From: the human T2T-CHM13v2.0 reference genome, Homo sapiens
Reading direction: 5' to 3' (one strand)
Length of the DNA stretch: 64,000 bases
NCBI RefSeq assembly: GCF_009914755.1
Contig: NC_060936.1
The notes below the pieces were generated by a model that had not been told where the DNA came from, did not search any database, and worked only from the letters and a program-made list of their open reading frames with translations. The position numbers were made by a program, and so were the translations under genes. Within the stretch, counting starts at the first letter, position 1; each line of letters starts with the position of its first letter. Positions 1 to 12,130 of this stretch are shown one piece after another.

Positions 1-169
1 CTAGCTCCTAATACCTAAATAGGATTTGATGAGGACTAGGGGTTAGGGAGGGCACCACAGGCAAGGGACCAACATATATCAAACAGCAGAAAGCTTCTTG
101 GTGGAATTCTCTTGCCACATACAAGGAAGATGAGGCTTCTATTTCCCTTATATACTACTCTGAGGTATA

Positions 170-478
170 TCACGTTCAAATTACTGAAAAGAAAAGAAAA
201 AGAAAAAATCTTGAAGGAACCAGAGAAGAAAAAGACATGTTACATACAGAGGAACAAAGATAAGAATTGTAGCCAACTTCTCATCGGAAACCGTACAAAA
301 CAGAAGACAAGGGGGTGACATCTTTAAAGTGCTGGAAATTTTTAAATGCCAACCAGAATTCTACACCCAGCAAAAGTATCCTTCAAAAATGAAGGAGAAA
401 TACTTTCTCAGATAAATAAAAACTGAGGGAAGCCATTGCCTGCATACTTAACTCTATGAGAAGTACTGAAGGAAGTAT
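170..478 (+). mobile_element. Ancient L1M ORF1 C-terminal fragment
   Basis: Degenerate L1 ORF1 3' motifs (AAAATCTTGAAGG...GACATCTTTAAAGTGCTG...CAACCAGAATTCTACACCCAGCAAAAGTATCCTTC, i.e. QPRILYPAK-like). Confidence 0.7.
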
Positions 479-484
479 GATATC

Positions 485-850
485 TGTCTTAGTCTGTTCA
501 GGCTGCCATAACAAAATACTACAGACTACGTGGCATAAACAACATTGATTTATTTTCTCACCGTTCTGGAGGTTAGAAGTTTGTGATGAGGATGCCGGCA
601 TGTTCTGGATCTGGAGAGGTCCATCTCCCCGGCTTGCAGACGGCTGCCTTCTTGCTGTGTCCTCACATGGTAAAGAGAAGAAAGCAGACTCTCTGGGGTC
701 TCTTTTTATAAGACAGCAATCTTACCAGACCAGGGCCCCACCCTCATGATCTGATTACCTCCCAAAGACCCCATCTCCAAATATTATCACATTGGGGGTT
801 AAGGCTTCAACATATGAACTTCATGGGACACGAACATTCAGTCCATAAAA
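485..850 (-). mobile_element. MLT1A/B-type MaLR solo LTR
   Basis: Starts TGTCTTAGTCTGTTCAGGCTGCCATAACAAAATAC and ends CATTCAGTCCATA, matching the reverse complement of MLT1 LTR termini. Confidence 0.85.
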
Positions 851-906
851 ATATCAGACTGAAACCTCAATCTACATTAAAAAACAAAAAGAAAAAAAAG
901 AAAATA

Positions 907-1203
907 GGCCGGGCACGGTGGCTCACACCTGTAATCCCAGGACTTTGGGAGGCCGAGGCGGGTGGATCACGAGGTCAGGAGATCAAGACCATCCTGGCTA
1001 ACACGGTGAAACCCCGTCTCTACTAAAAATACAAAAAATTAGCCAGGCGTGGTGGCGGGCACCTGTAGTCCCCGATATTCAGGAGGCTGAGGCAGGACAA
1101 TGGCATGAACCTGGGAGGCGGAGCTTGCAGTGAGCCGAGATCATGCCACTGCCCTCCAGCCTGGGCAACAGAGCTAGACTCCGTCTCAAAAAAAAAAAAA
1201 AAA
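907..1203 (+). mobile_element. AluY
   Basis: Full dimer; diagnostic ACCATCCTGGCTAACACGG and GGCGGAGCTTGCAGTG; A tail; TSD AAAAGAAAAT. Confidence 0.93.
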
Positions 1204-1689
1204 GAAAATGAAGAGCACTGGAAATAGAATACATGAAGCTCCAGCAGAATGGGGAACATTACCTAGTTTTTCACTGCCAGGTCTCCAATAGTTGGAACAG
1301 TATCTAGGATGTGGTCAGAAGTATTTAGAATAAATACTTCTAAATGAGTGAATGAATATCAGAATAAGTGAACATATGCCTGATGAATTGATGTGGATTT
1401 TGAGGAATCTAAATGATGATCAGTAGCTCAGTGGTATGATGATAATCTCATTTAGGCAACCAATTTTATACTGGGTCTCATAAAAATTAATTCCCAGAGT
1501 TTTTAGTTTCAGATCAGCAGGATTCCATTCTTTTCTAGCATTCTTTTATAGTAAGACAATTTCTCTCACTACAATTGCTTTAGCAATCCTGCTAAATAAG
1601 AGCAGAGTTTCATGTAAATATGAAAATGAGCATTCAGATTTAGAAATAATTATGTAGAGCTACACTATAAAAATGCTGAAAGAAGCACA

Positions 1690-4035
1690 GTTAAATTGTA
1701 GAGGAATTGAAAATGAAATATAAAAATATATACATACTCTATGATTCCACTTAAAAAGCAAACTAATCTATAGTAAAACAAATGTGTAAATTAGTTTATT
1801 CTGGAAAAATTGACTAGAAAGGGGTGCAAGTGAACTTTTTGGAATGATTTTTTAAATGTCTATATCTTCATAGGAATGCAGGACATCCAGGTGCATGCAT
1901 TTGTCAAAACTCAGCAAATCGGACTCCAGATTTATGCCTGTGATTGTATACAATTTTTATCCTCAAAATAATTATAAATAAAGATTGAACTCTAGTACAT
2001 AGGTTTACTTTTGGCAATAGTATGAGTTAAGAATTCTAGCACTAGTTTCTAAGTCTGAATAAATTAGTAAATATTTTGGATAGTGGCAGCCAGGTTTTTC
2101 ACTGTTGGAGATGAAAGTTACAAATATGGAAAGGGGAAGGCTGCAATAAAAAGCCTATGATGTTGAGTTGGAATTGGAGGTATGAGAAATAACCCAGGAT
2201 TTCTAACACATAGATGATAAGTAGAAGAGAAATAACTATAAATATGTGTGTGTGCATGTGTGTTTCCTAGCTGTGTACACTGAGAGCTACTTACACTAGA
2301 AGTAAATTGCACTCCGGTATTAACACCTGCCAGAGCTTGGTTTTTATTTAGCATTCTCCCCTAAAAAGAACCAAAGCTCTGTGGGAAAAAAAAGATTGAT
2401 TTCAGGGTTATGGCAGAATAAGTACAAAATGAGCCTGGAACATCTTGTGCGAGAAAATACAAAAGTGTTCCAAAAAAAATGATGGAAACATGCCCAAAAG
2501 ACACAAAAGCCAGCTTCAGATTTCCACTGACCACATGCAAGACATTTAAAGCAACAAAATAAATAGTGATAGTAATGAATTATGACTCATTGACTAAAAT
2601 AAGAATCCATGAGTCCATACTGATAAAAATAAATAATTAGTTAGATTAATGGAGGACAAGGGAAAACATTTTCTGACAGTAGAATGCTAATGCATATAAA
2701 ATAAAGGATGGGTGTTAGAAAATCACTAACGAATGCTAAAATTGGTAAGCAAACCAATTTGATGAAGAGCAAGATATGTACAAAATCTCAAAGCATCTCC
2801 CCATAAATTACTTATTAATTATAAAGAAAAAATAGTAACTTTCATTGGAAAAATCTTGCAGACGTCATCTTAAGCAAGTGATAAAGTTTAACAATACTGA
2901 AATTGGAACAAATCAACATCATAGGCATCCCAATACAATAATGCACTGAGAAAGACACAACAAACATCACTTCTTTGTTGTTGTTGTTTGTTTGTTTGTT
3001 TGTTTTGTTTTGTTTTGTTTTGTTTTGTTTTAAACTGAGTCCCTCTCTGTCGCCCAGGCTGGAGTGCAGTGGCACGTTCTCAGCTCACTGTAACCTCCAC
3101 TACTGGGTTCAAGCAATTCTCTTGCCTCAGCCTCCCGAGCAGCTGGGATTATAGGCACACACCACCGTGCCCAGCTAATTTTTTTGTATTTTTAGTAGAG
3201 ACAGTGTTTCACCATGTTAGCCAGGCTGGTCTCAAACTCCTGACCTCAGGTGATCTGCCCGCCTCGGCTTCCCAAAGTGCTGGGATTACAGGCGTGAGTC
3301 AGCGTGCCTGGCCCACAACATCACCTATATGGTTTTCTTGCCACACATCTGTAACCCAAATCTAAGCATAAGGAAATATCACACAAGTCAATTGAGCAAT
3401 ATTCTACAAAATAACTGGCCTGTACTATGCAAAATTTCAAAGTCAAAAACACAAAGGCTGAAGAATTGTTCCAGACTGAATGACAGTAAAGAGACATGAC
3501 AATTAAAAATAATGAGTGATCCTAGACTGATCTTGGAGAATGGACAATATTTGAATATGGACTGTCGATTAAATCATTGTACTGTGTCAATGTTACAACT
3601 CTTGATTTTGATCATTATACCGTGGTTATTGTCAGAGGTTTCCTTGTTCAAAGGAAAGACACACTACCACATATAATCTTAAAGGAACATGATGTATCTG
3701 AGGTCTTATAACTTACTCTGAAGTGGTGCAGGAAAAAAATTCTATCTATATTTTATATACACACATATATGTATGTAAAATACTCCATTTACCCTGATTT
3801 GGTCACTACACATTATATGCCTGTATCACAACAGCACACACTGTGGATGTGGATTAAATCATTGCACTGTGGATTACACACATATATGTATATAATTATA
3901 TACACAGAATTATAAAGCAAGTGGAGAAAAATATGCGTGTATAAACTTGGCAAATGTGGATAAAAGGTATATAGAAGTTCCTTGTACTATTCTTGTGAAT
4001 TTTCTGTAAGCTCAAATTATATCAAAATAGAAACC
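1690..4035 (+). mobile_element. Old L1MC/L1MD-type 3' region, interrupted by an Alu
   Basis: L1M 3'UTR motifs (TGACTAGAAAGGGG...CATTTGTCAAAACTCA; ATATTCTACAAAATAACTGGCCTGTACT; GTTCCTTGTACTATTCTTG...TTTTCTGTAAG) ending in an A-rich tract. Confidence 0.7.
2974..3313 (-). mobile_element. AluS (Sx/Sz-like)
   Basis: Reverse-complement Alu dimer with (GTTTT)n tail; TSD AACATCAC. Confidence 0.92.
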
Positions 4036-4278
4036 TTTTTTTTTAAAAAAAAAGAAAGGGAATATTTAAGGATATAGCAAGAACCTTCAATTCTGAACAA
4101 TGTCATTAGGATCATGTGACTAATAACATCCAGAATCCCTCACTCAGCTTCATAGAGTGTCAGTATAGAAGGTTGTAAGCTTTTATTTTCCCTGGAAGTC
4201 ATAAATCTATAATCTTTTTTTGCAAGACAAATATGTAATGAATGTGTAAACTATGCAATAATCCTTCCTTTTAAAACA

Positions 4279-4541
4279 TGTATTTTTAGTTATTATAGGT
4301 ACATAATAGTTGTATGTATTTGTTGGGTGCATGTGCTGTTTTGATACAGGCATACAATGTGTAATGATCAAATCAGAGCCATTGAGGTGTCTATCACCTC
4401 AAGCATTTATCATTTCTCTATGTTAAGAACATTCCAATTCCATTATTTTAGTTATTTTAAAATATACAATAAATTATTGTTAACTGTAGTCACCCTGTTG
4501 TGCTACCAAATACTGGATCTTATTCCTTCTATCTAACTGTA
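4279..4541 (-). mobile_element. L1MA 3' end fragment
   Basis: GGTACATAATAGTTGTATG...TTGATACAGGCATACAATGTGTAATGATCAAATCAG...AATAAATTATTGTTAACTGTAGTCACCC matches the L1MA 3'UTR antisense. Confidence 0.85.
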
Positions 4542-4816
4542 CTTATTTAATAAGAAGAAATCATTTCTTTCAGACCCTCGGTTACAAACCTTCATGGAAG
4601 GAGCAGGATATCTACCATTGTTGAAGACCTACCATGTGGGAGGGAACACAGTAAAGGCTCACGCTGTGGAAACTGTAGACCCAGGTGTGAAGCCCCCTCA
4701 GTTCCTTACTATGTAGCATCAACAAGTCACTTAACCTCTCTGATTTCTCATCGATAAAATGGAAATAAGAGTGTCATCTAACTAAGTTGAGTGAAGAGTA
4801 AAAATAATATATGTAA

Positions 4817-5104
4817 GGCTGGGTGCAGTGGCTCACACCCATAATCCCAGAACTCTGGGATCCTGAGGCAGGAGAATTGCTTGAGCTCAGGAGTTCAAGA
4901 CCAGCTTGGGAAGCATGGTGAAACCCTGCCTGTACAAAAAATTTAAAAATTAGCCAGGAGTGGTGGTGCACACCTGTAGTCCCAGCTACTCAGGAGACTG
5001 TGGTAGGAGGATCACCTGAGCCTGGAAAGTTGAGGTTGCAGTGAGCCAAGATCACACCACTGCACTTCAGCCTGGGCGACAGAGCAAGACTCTGTCTCAA
5101 AAAA

Positions 5105-5105
<1 letters not shown>
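4817..5105 (+). mobile_element. AluJ
   Basis: Dimer with J-type TTGAGCTCAGGAGTTC and GGAGGATCACCTGAGCCTGG. Confidence 0.88.

Positions 5106-5107
<2 letters not shown>

Positions 5108-5147
<40 letters not shown>
5108..5147. repeat. (TG)20 microsatellite
   Basis: Direct read of the sequence. Confidence 0.97.
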
Positions 5148-5153
<6 letters not shown>

Positions 5154-5721
5154 GAGTGGAACAACCATTCCATAAATATAACCAATTTTTTGTGCGAAGA
5201 ACTTCTCAGCATTATCACATTTAATCTTCACAACAACACTGAGGAAGGTGGCATTATTCTCATTTTTATATTTTAGAAAGCAGACTACTCACAGTTAAAT
5301 ATGTTGCACAATTTGTAAGTAAACCACCCTAGATCCGAACCCCAGTGTGACTGATTCCAAAGTCCATGCTCAGTTTACTGTGCCATACTATCATGCAAAA
5401 TGCATAGGAACAGGAAAGGCAGTGACAAGATGGTCTCTGGACCAAACTAAGGTCAAAATGACCCTGCAGCTAATAGCTCAAAGAACACTTGTTGATCTTA
5501 ACCTGAATTTTGAGGATGTCATTTATGTCTTCTTAATAAATGATAGAATAATTTGAAATGACATTTTCATTATTACCTTGAACCATAATGCTAAATGACT
5601 GCTTGTGACACGTTGATTACTATGCTCTCATACTTATGGGTCTTTTTTCATCTACCTTCTTCCATTGCTGGTAGTGACATCACCTCCACCACCAACATCA
5701 CCACCAGCATTGCTGGTATTA

Positions 5722-6108
<387 letters not shown>

Positions 6109-7006
6109 TTAAGGTGAATTACATAGGCTAAAGTTTTGGCCTTAAAAACTCATCAACCAGGAATTAGAAGGTACATTTCAACTCCCGTATTTTAGGAGAA
6201 TGTTAATACGGTCATTTCACAGATGAGAGAACTCAGCTTCAGTGATTCCAAGTGTTTCTGAAAACCTCATGCTCACAGTTTTCTGAGACTCAAATCTGAA
6301 AATCATCAGCCAGGCTAGTGTAAGCTATCTTAATGGCTGTGGTTGTAGATGAGGGAGAGAAAAACTTCTAACAAAAATGGGTCACAAACTATCTAGGCTT
6401 GTTTTAGTCAGTGATGTAAATTGGCTCCAGACCCACAAACTAAGCCCGTGGAGAAAAAGAAATCAGGCTAAGTGGAAAGATAAATGACCATATGTAGACA
6501 TATTTTAAATTAAAGTATATTTTAAAGGCATATTGATCTATACATTGCAAGCTTTAGTTGCACAAAATGGAAGAGAAATAAGCATTTGAGAAAGGAAGGG
6601 AGGGAGGGAGGAAAGGGAGGAAAGGGTGGTGTCTTCCAAGGCTGTCAGTGCTCACTGATGGCCAGTGTCTCACTTCTAACCGTAAGAAGAGCACAAAGAA
6701 ATGGTGAAAAATCGCAAATCCCAATATTGTAGGGCTTAATCGTTTTTAACTAATCTGCAGTCGTGACATGCAGCGCAGCTTGAATTCAATTTGCCACCAA
6801 ATTTGAATGTATAACTCTCTGGAAAAAAAGATAACTAAAGATTACAAAGCTTAGTGTAATCTTGTCTATTCTCATAAAAGCTGTTCAATCAACACTCTTT
6901 TTCAAAAGCAATCAAACAAACCTAGTTGATTTCAACCAAAAGAATGAGAGAAATAATATCTGCCCTGCCCCCAGCAATGTGGCTACTGTGATGAGGTAAT
7001 GACCTT

Positions 7007-7018
7007 CACACACACATG

Positions 7019-7053
<35 letters not shown>
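7007..7053. repeat. (CA)n/(CG)n alternating purine-pyrimidine tract
   Basis: CACACACACATGCGCGCGCACACA... read directly. Confidence 0.95.
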
Positions 7054-7055
<2 letters not shown>

Positions 7056-7449
7056 TTGTTTGAAGACACTGGTTAACTGTAAAGCACTGTCCATGTGAGT
7101 TTTAACACTCAGGGAAGTCACTAGTGGTCTGGCCTAGGGCTGTGCACTATGCAACTTTAAGGTGGTGTGTATTGTTGTCGTTATTATCATCAAATGTGAT
7201 TCGATAAACTCACAACCATGTCATGAAGAGATGCATGTTTCACCCAAACTGCACAGAGAGTACCCACTAGGCCAGCACAGAACAAAGCTCTTTATTCAGA
7301 AGTAACTTTCCTGAACAGCAAATCCTTCGCATACCTATGAAGTGCTCAGTAATGTTTGAAAAATAGACCTAAGCTGAAGCACTCCCTGACTCTACATGGA
7401 GCTTTCCTCAAACATCTCACCCACAAGGCAGCATTATAAGAACAATACA

Positions 7450-7700
7450 AATAGTAACAGGTACTATTTGTTCACACCAACTATGTAATAAGTTAAACAT
7501 GCTAATCACTTTGCATCCATCACTTCATCTAATCCCTACAACAAATTTATGAAGACTTTACTATCATTATTCCCATTTCACATAGGAGGCAACTGAGGCT
7601 CAGATATGTCATTTGACCAAAGGCAAACCACAAATAGTAAGTAACAGAAATGAACTTCCAACCAGATTTCTCTAATTGCAATAACTGTGCTCTTAACCAC
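7450..7700 (-). mobile_element. MIR
   Basis: TATTCCCATTTCACATAGGAGGCAACTGAGGCTCAG core. Confidence 0.75.
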
Positions 7701-8679
7701 AGATGAGGTTTCAATGTCCCTATCTCCCCTTCATGTCAGAAAAAGAAATACAATCACAAAGTGGCTAACAAACAGTTAAAAGGATGGCTGACAGTCCCAG
7801 GTTCCCTTGCATTTGAAAAACCCAGGTTATTAAATCTGCCTTTTGTAAGTGGGAATTCCACAGGACATCCAAAGCCATGGGTCTCAATTAATGTGCGCTC
7901 ACAAAAAAGCATCCATGTCCGCAGCCCTCATTGATGGTATATTTATCATGGTTATGAGGTTTAGACTTACACAACTCACTCTGGCTTAATAGTTTCTACT
8001 TTTTGCCTATTGCTAATGAAGCAAGATTGTCCCCATTCCACTCTGGAGACAGAAATCCCTGCAGAAGAGAGACACTCACTGAGCTTCTGGCTGCATGCCT
8101 TTGAAAATGAATGGACTTTGTAGCTGGCCTTTGAAAGGTCTTGTAGAGAGGCCCCAGGCAGACACTGCCAGAGTATCTGTCTGACCATATCCATTGGATC
8201 CCTGAAGGCTTCCCTTCTTGAGAATTCTCTATTAAAATGCAAAAGTCTTCATTACTGCCAAACAGAATGCTGAACCCTGCTGGTTCCCGCAGAGTTCCAG
8301 ACTTGGCACCCGGCCATTGGATTCACAGCACCTGCCAGAGCCTCTTCCATCCAACCATATTCCTGGCCAGGCTCCCTGGCCGACCCAGGCCTGTTGCTGC
8401 CCAACCAGGACCTGGCAGGACTTGCTCCCTCATTATACGTGCTCTCTCCACTGGCTCACTTCCTTCGGCCTTCAAATACTGTGGAACCATGAGATTTGTC
8501 AACACCAGGATACTTCTGAGCATGAAAGGGGACACCATATTGACAACACCGTGGGACAAAGACATAAATCTGCAAACCTAGATCTAGTCACCCCATCAAA
8601 TACCCATAGGACTTCCCTATCTTAAAATTACAGTCAAGTCTGGTGTCTTTTCTAGAGATTCACCCAATTTTTTCCTCTA

Positions 8680-8800
8680 TCTTCTCTAGCAAAATTCTAG
8701 AATGAGTCATCTACAAATATGGCCTCCATGTACTCATCACCCACTCCTCTCTAATCTCCAATCAATTAATTTTCTGCTGCCACCATTCAGGTGAACTGAC
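8680..8800 (+). mobile_element. L2 ORF2 fragment
   Basis: CTCTAATCTCCAATCA...CCACCATTCAGGTGAACTG resembles the L2 RT QSGF..HST.TA region. Confidence 0.45.
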
Positions 8801-9179
8801 TTTATATACTCAATCAAACCTTTCTCTTAGTCGTTTTTCTCCAGAACTCTCTATCTGGTTCTACTCAATCCTTCCATGCCCCAGTCTTTAGCTTCCTCAA
8901 GATCTCACAGTCTCATCTGTTCTTTGATTATTCCCTACTGTAAATGACAAATACCTTTAAATATTTGGAAAAACCTGTCTTTTCTATGTTAAATCTCAGT
9001 TGTCCTTCATTTAGCACAATTTTTGCAGTCCTCTCATCCTGGCCACTTCCTCTGGCTGAGCTCTGGTTCTTCAATATTCTCCTTGAAATGTTTCATCAAG
9101 AAACTCAAGCTCACTTCACCCCACTCCACCTCTCTCTACAAATACAGACTCATATAGTTGTAGCTTTGTTGGCAGCCTT

Positions 9180-9462
9180 TTTACCGTGGTGGCTTCTACC
9201 GTGGACACCATCAACAATATCTCCTGGGTCCTCATTTATGAATTCTTACTAATTTGCTTGCTTCCATCTTGACCTTGTGCAGTGAATTATTTTTTTCCTT
9301 TGTCAACCCAAATATAGGATTTTACATTTATCCCTGTTACATTTCAACGTCTTAATTTCAATCCTATTTCACAGCCTGTCAAGACCCTTTTGAGCTTTAA
9401 TGCTGTCATCTATCATGTTAACCCTTCTTTCTATTGAGTTGTCTACAAATTTGATAAGCATC
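9180..9462 (-). mobile_element. CR1/L3 LINE reverse-transcriptase fossil
   Basis: Minus strand reads MLIKFVDN (CR1 LIKFADD) and LKCNRDKCKI (CR1 MKFNxxKCK). Confidence 0.8.
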
Positions 9463-9618
9463 TCTTACATGATTTTCTCTTTTCTGTGCCAATTTCAGCT
9501 TAGAGACAGCTGATTTTTCAAACATACGTGTTAAAGACCTTTTCACTGCCTCTCAGCTGCTCTATATGTCACCAGTTCTCACCTCCCCAATCTAGGTTAT
9601 TATTCCTGTCACTTGAAA

Positions 9619-9790
9619 CAGTGGTTATCAGACTTTAGTGGACATCAACATTACCTGTCACATTTGTTAGAATGCATATTCCCAGGCCCAAGCTCCAGCA
9701 ATTCTGATTCAGTAGATTGGAGAAGACTCTAAGAATAAGTGCCTTTAACAAGCACTCCAGGGATCAACAAATAATCTGCACAATGATATT
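9619..9790. mobile_element. MER5-type hAT-Charlie MITE
   Basis: CAGTGGTT...ATTCTGATTCAGTAG...TTTAACAAGCACTCCAGG. Confidence 0.7.
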
Positions 9791-9831
9791 TAAACACTTC
9801 TTTAGGACTGCAAACTTCTGCTTTTTTGGAA

Positions 9832-9833
<2 letters not shown>

Positions 9834-9879
<46 letters not shown>

Positions 9880-9922
9880 AGAGAGAGACAGAGAGAGAGT
9901 GAGAGACAGAGAGAGAGAGAGA
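9834..9922. repeat. Compound (TG)n-(GA)n microsatellite
   Basis: Direct read of the sequence. Confidence 0.95.
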
Positions 9923-11114
9923 AAGGTAGGTGACAGGGGTAGGGATGAGTTATATTTTCTAACTACCTTCTCAGCTCTCAAATGTCTTTTAAAGGAATCG
10001 AACATAATGTCACCCTACCTGTATTCAGCTACTCTTCCTTCACATTTTCTAGGCAAATTCACATTGTAAGTAAATGGCACCAAAAAAGCTCTTTAAAGGA
10101 CCAGACATTCAATTTGAAATTATTTAATACAGTGAACATAATCAAATGTCTTCTTAATGGTCTTAAATGTAAATGGATTATTTTGGGTCTTCATGTACAC
10201 GTCTTTAACCTCAGGTTTATAAAACAACTGTTCCAGTCATACATTTATGAAATGTTTCATCTTAATTGTTCAAAAGAATTTCAAATATTTCTGTGTCATA
10301 TTTTTAGTTTATCTCATCTTATTTATTTATTTTAACTCAGCATTATTGTATTGGTTTTTAACCTCATGGGTTTCATTTGTCTTTAATCTTTTTACACTCA
10401 GCTCTTTAAAAATACTTTATTTTAAAATGTATCACAGTGATAGTTACCTTATTTTATTTTTAAATTTTTTAGCTTTAAGACTGTGTTGCCTTCTTTAATT
10501 AAGTTCTTTCCTTTTCTTCAACCATCATTATTCTCGTTTTCTGTCATCTGTTTTTGGTCTCTTACTTTCACGGTGCCTGACAAAAAAAAAATGTGGGTCA
10601 TAGAAATGCCCCAAATGTAAAAAATCCCCAAGACAACTGGGAAAGCATCAAAGCTGCCTACCCACCTTTGTACCTGCTCCTCTGGCTTCTCCTAATTCTT
10701 CATCCCAAAGACTCAAGACACTCACAAGAAATCCCACATTAGGGACCTTCAAATAATCTCCCTAGAATATCTTACATATATATTTTTGCTATTAATTTGT
10801 TAAAGAAAGTCTGTTAAAACTACTAGTATTAGGATGTACATGCTTCAAACTGATTTTGTTTTGGTTTTTCTCAAACTTTTTAACTACCTTGATGCAAAGT
10901 CAGATCATTCAGTAAAATGATCCATTCAGCATGCATTAATTGATTCATTAAGCCCATGTGGAAAGAGAGAGAGAGATGATGGCAGTTGCCATTTATTTAT
11001 CTACAACATGGCATACTCTGTGATAAGTGCTTTATATATAGGACCCAACTGATCTTCACAAAAATTCTGCAATGAAGGTATTAGTATCCTTATTTTACAG
11101 ATGGACAGCCAATA

Positions 11115-11586
11115 CTTCCCTGCTCCTTCTACCACTGCACACAGCCCTTCAGCCAGGTGGATCATTGTGGAGAGATGGAAATGCTGGTTGTGAAGGACAC
11201 TGTGATGCTGGAGGACTTATTCTTGGAGCTGCTGGAATAGCTGCTGCCACCTGACCTCTCTGAGATTTGCTCTTCAGCTTGAAAAGACCCCATATCCCAA
11301 GGTCATACCCCTTCCCATGGCCAGGTCATATTCCATAACTCATCCCCCAAGGTGGGGAGGGAGTGCAAGGGCCACCTTCTTTGCCCAAACCCAGGACAAC
11401 TCTGAGGGGACCTCCCAGCTGCAGAGCTCTCACGGGACTGGCTGAAGACTTCTTGTGACTGTGATACTGCCAACTTGGCATCTACCTGTTCTGCTTCCTC
11501 CTTCCGCGCTCCTCCCCTCCACCTAATGGATCCTGAGGGCAAGTTTCCTTATCAGTCTCCTTCTTGGAGAACCTGACCTACAACAT
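11115..11586 (+). mobile_element. ERVL LTR (LTR16-like), degenerate
   Basis: 3' terminus CAGTCTCCTTCTTGGAGAACCTGACCTACAACA resembles LTR16 ends. Confidence 0.5.
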
Positions 11587-12017
11587 TAGTTTTGTGGTGA
11601 AACAGAGCAATTTTTATTTATGCCTCCTCTTGAACAAAAGAAGATCAAAGGCAGTTATCACGGCTATGTAAAACATAACCGGTTAGCACAGCTGAAGTGG
11701 CAGAGAAAGGAAAAAGAAACAAAAAAAAAAAAAAGGAAAGGAAAGGAAATGACGTAAAATTGAACCAGATATGTGGCTAACACAAAAATGAATCCATTAG
11801 TTCTGCCAGAAATTTGGCTCTTTTTTTGCCAATGCAAAGAAAAAGTAAACTCTTCAATTCTACAATTCACAGTAACCTTAGGTCGTTTGGTTAAATACAC
11901 AGTTGCTCAGGAGAAACTAAGACCAGAGAGAATTACCTTCTGAGAATTCACACAAAGATATTCATGGCCTCACGTTAGATGCACATGTGAATTTTACTGA
12001 GACATATGCCTAACTGG

Positions 12018-12130
12018 TAGGGTGACCAACTGCCCAAGTTTGTCCTGGACTAGGACACTTCCTGACGTGGGACTTTCAATTCAAAACCAGAACTGCCTGG
12101 AGCTACTGTTTAGGACAGTTGGTTACCCTG
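12018..12130 (+). mobile_element. MER81 (hAT-Blackjack MITE)
   Basis: TIRs TAGGGTGACCAACTG / CAGTTGGTTACCCTG, ~113 bp, internal GGGACTTTCA..AAAACC. Confidence 0.8.

Noticed and set aside
8237-8625. Three overlapping ORFs of 80-114 aa
   Set aside because: No motifs or convincing splice structure; consistent with chance in moderately GC-rich DNA
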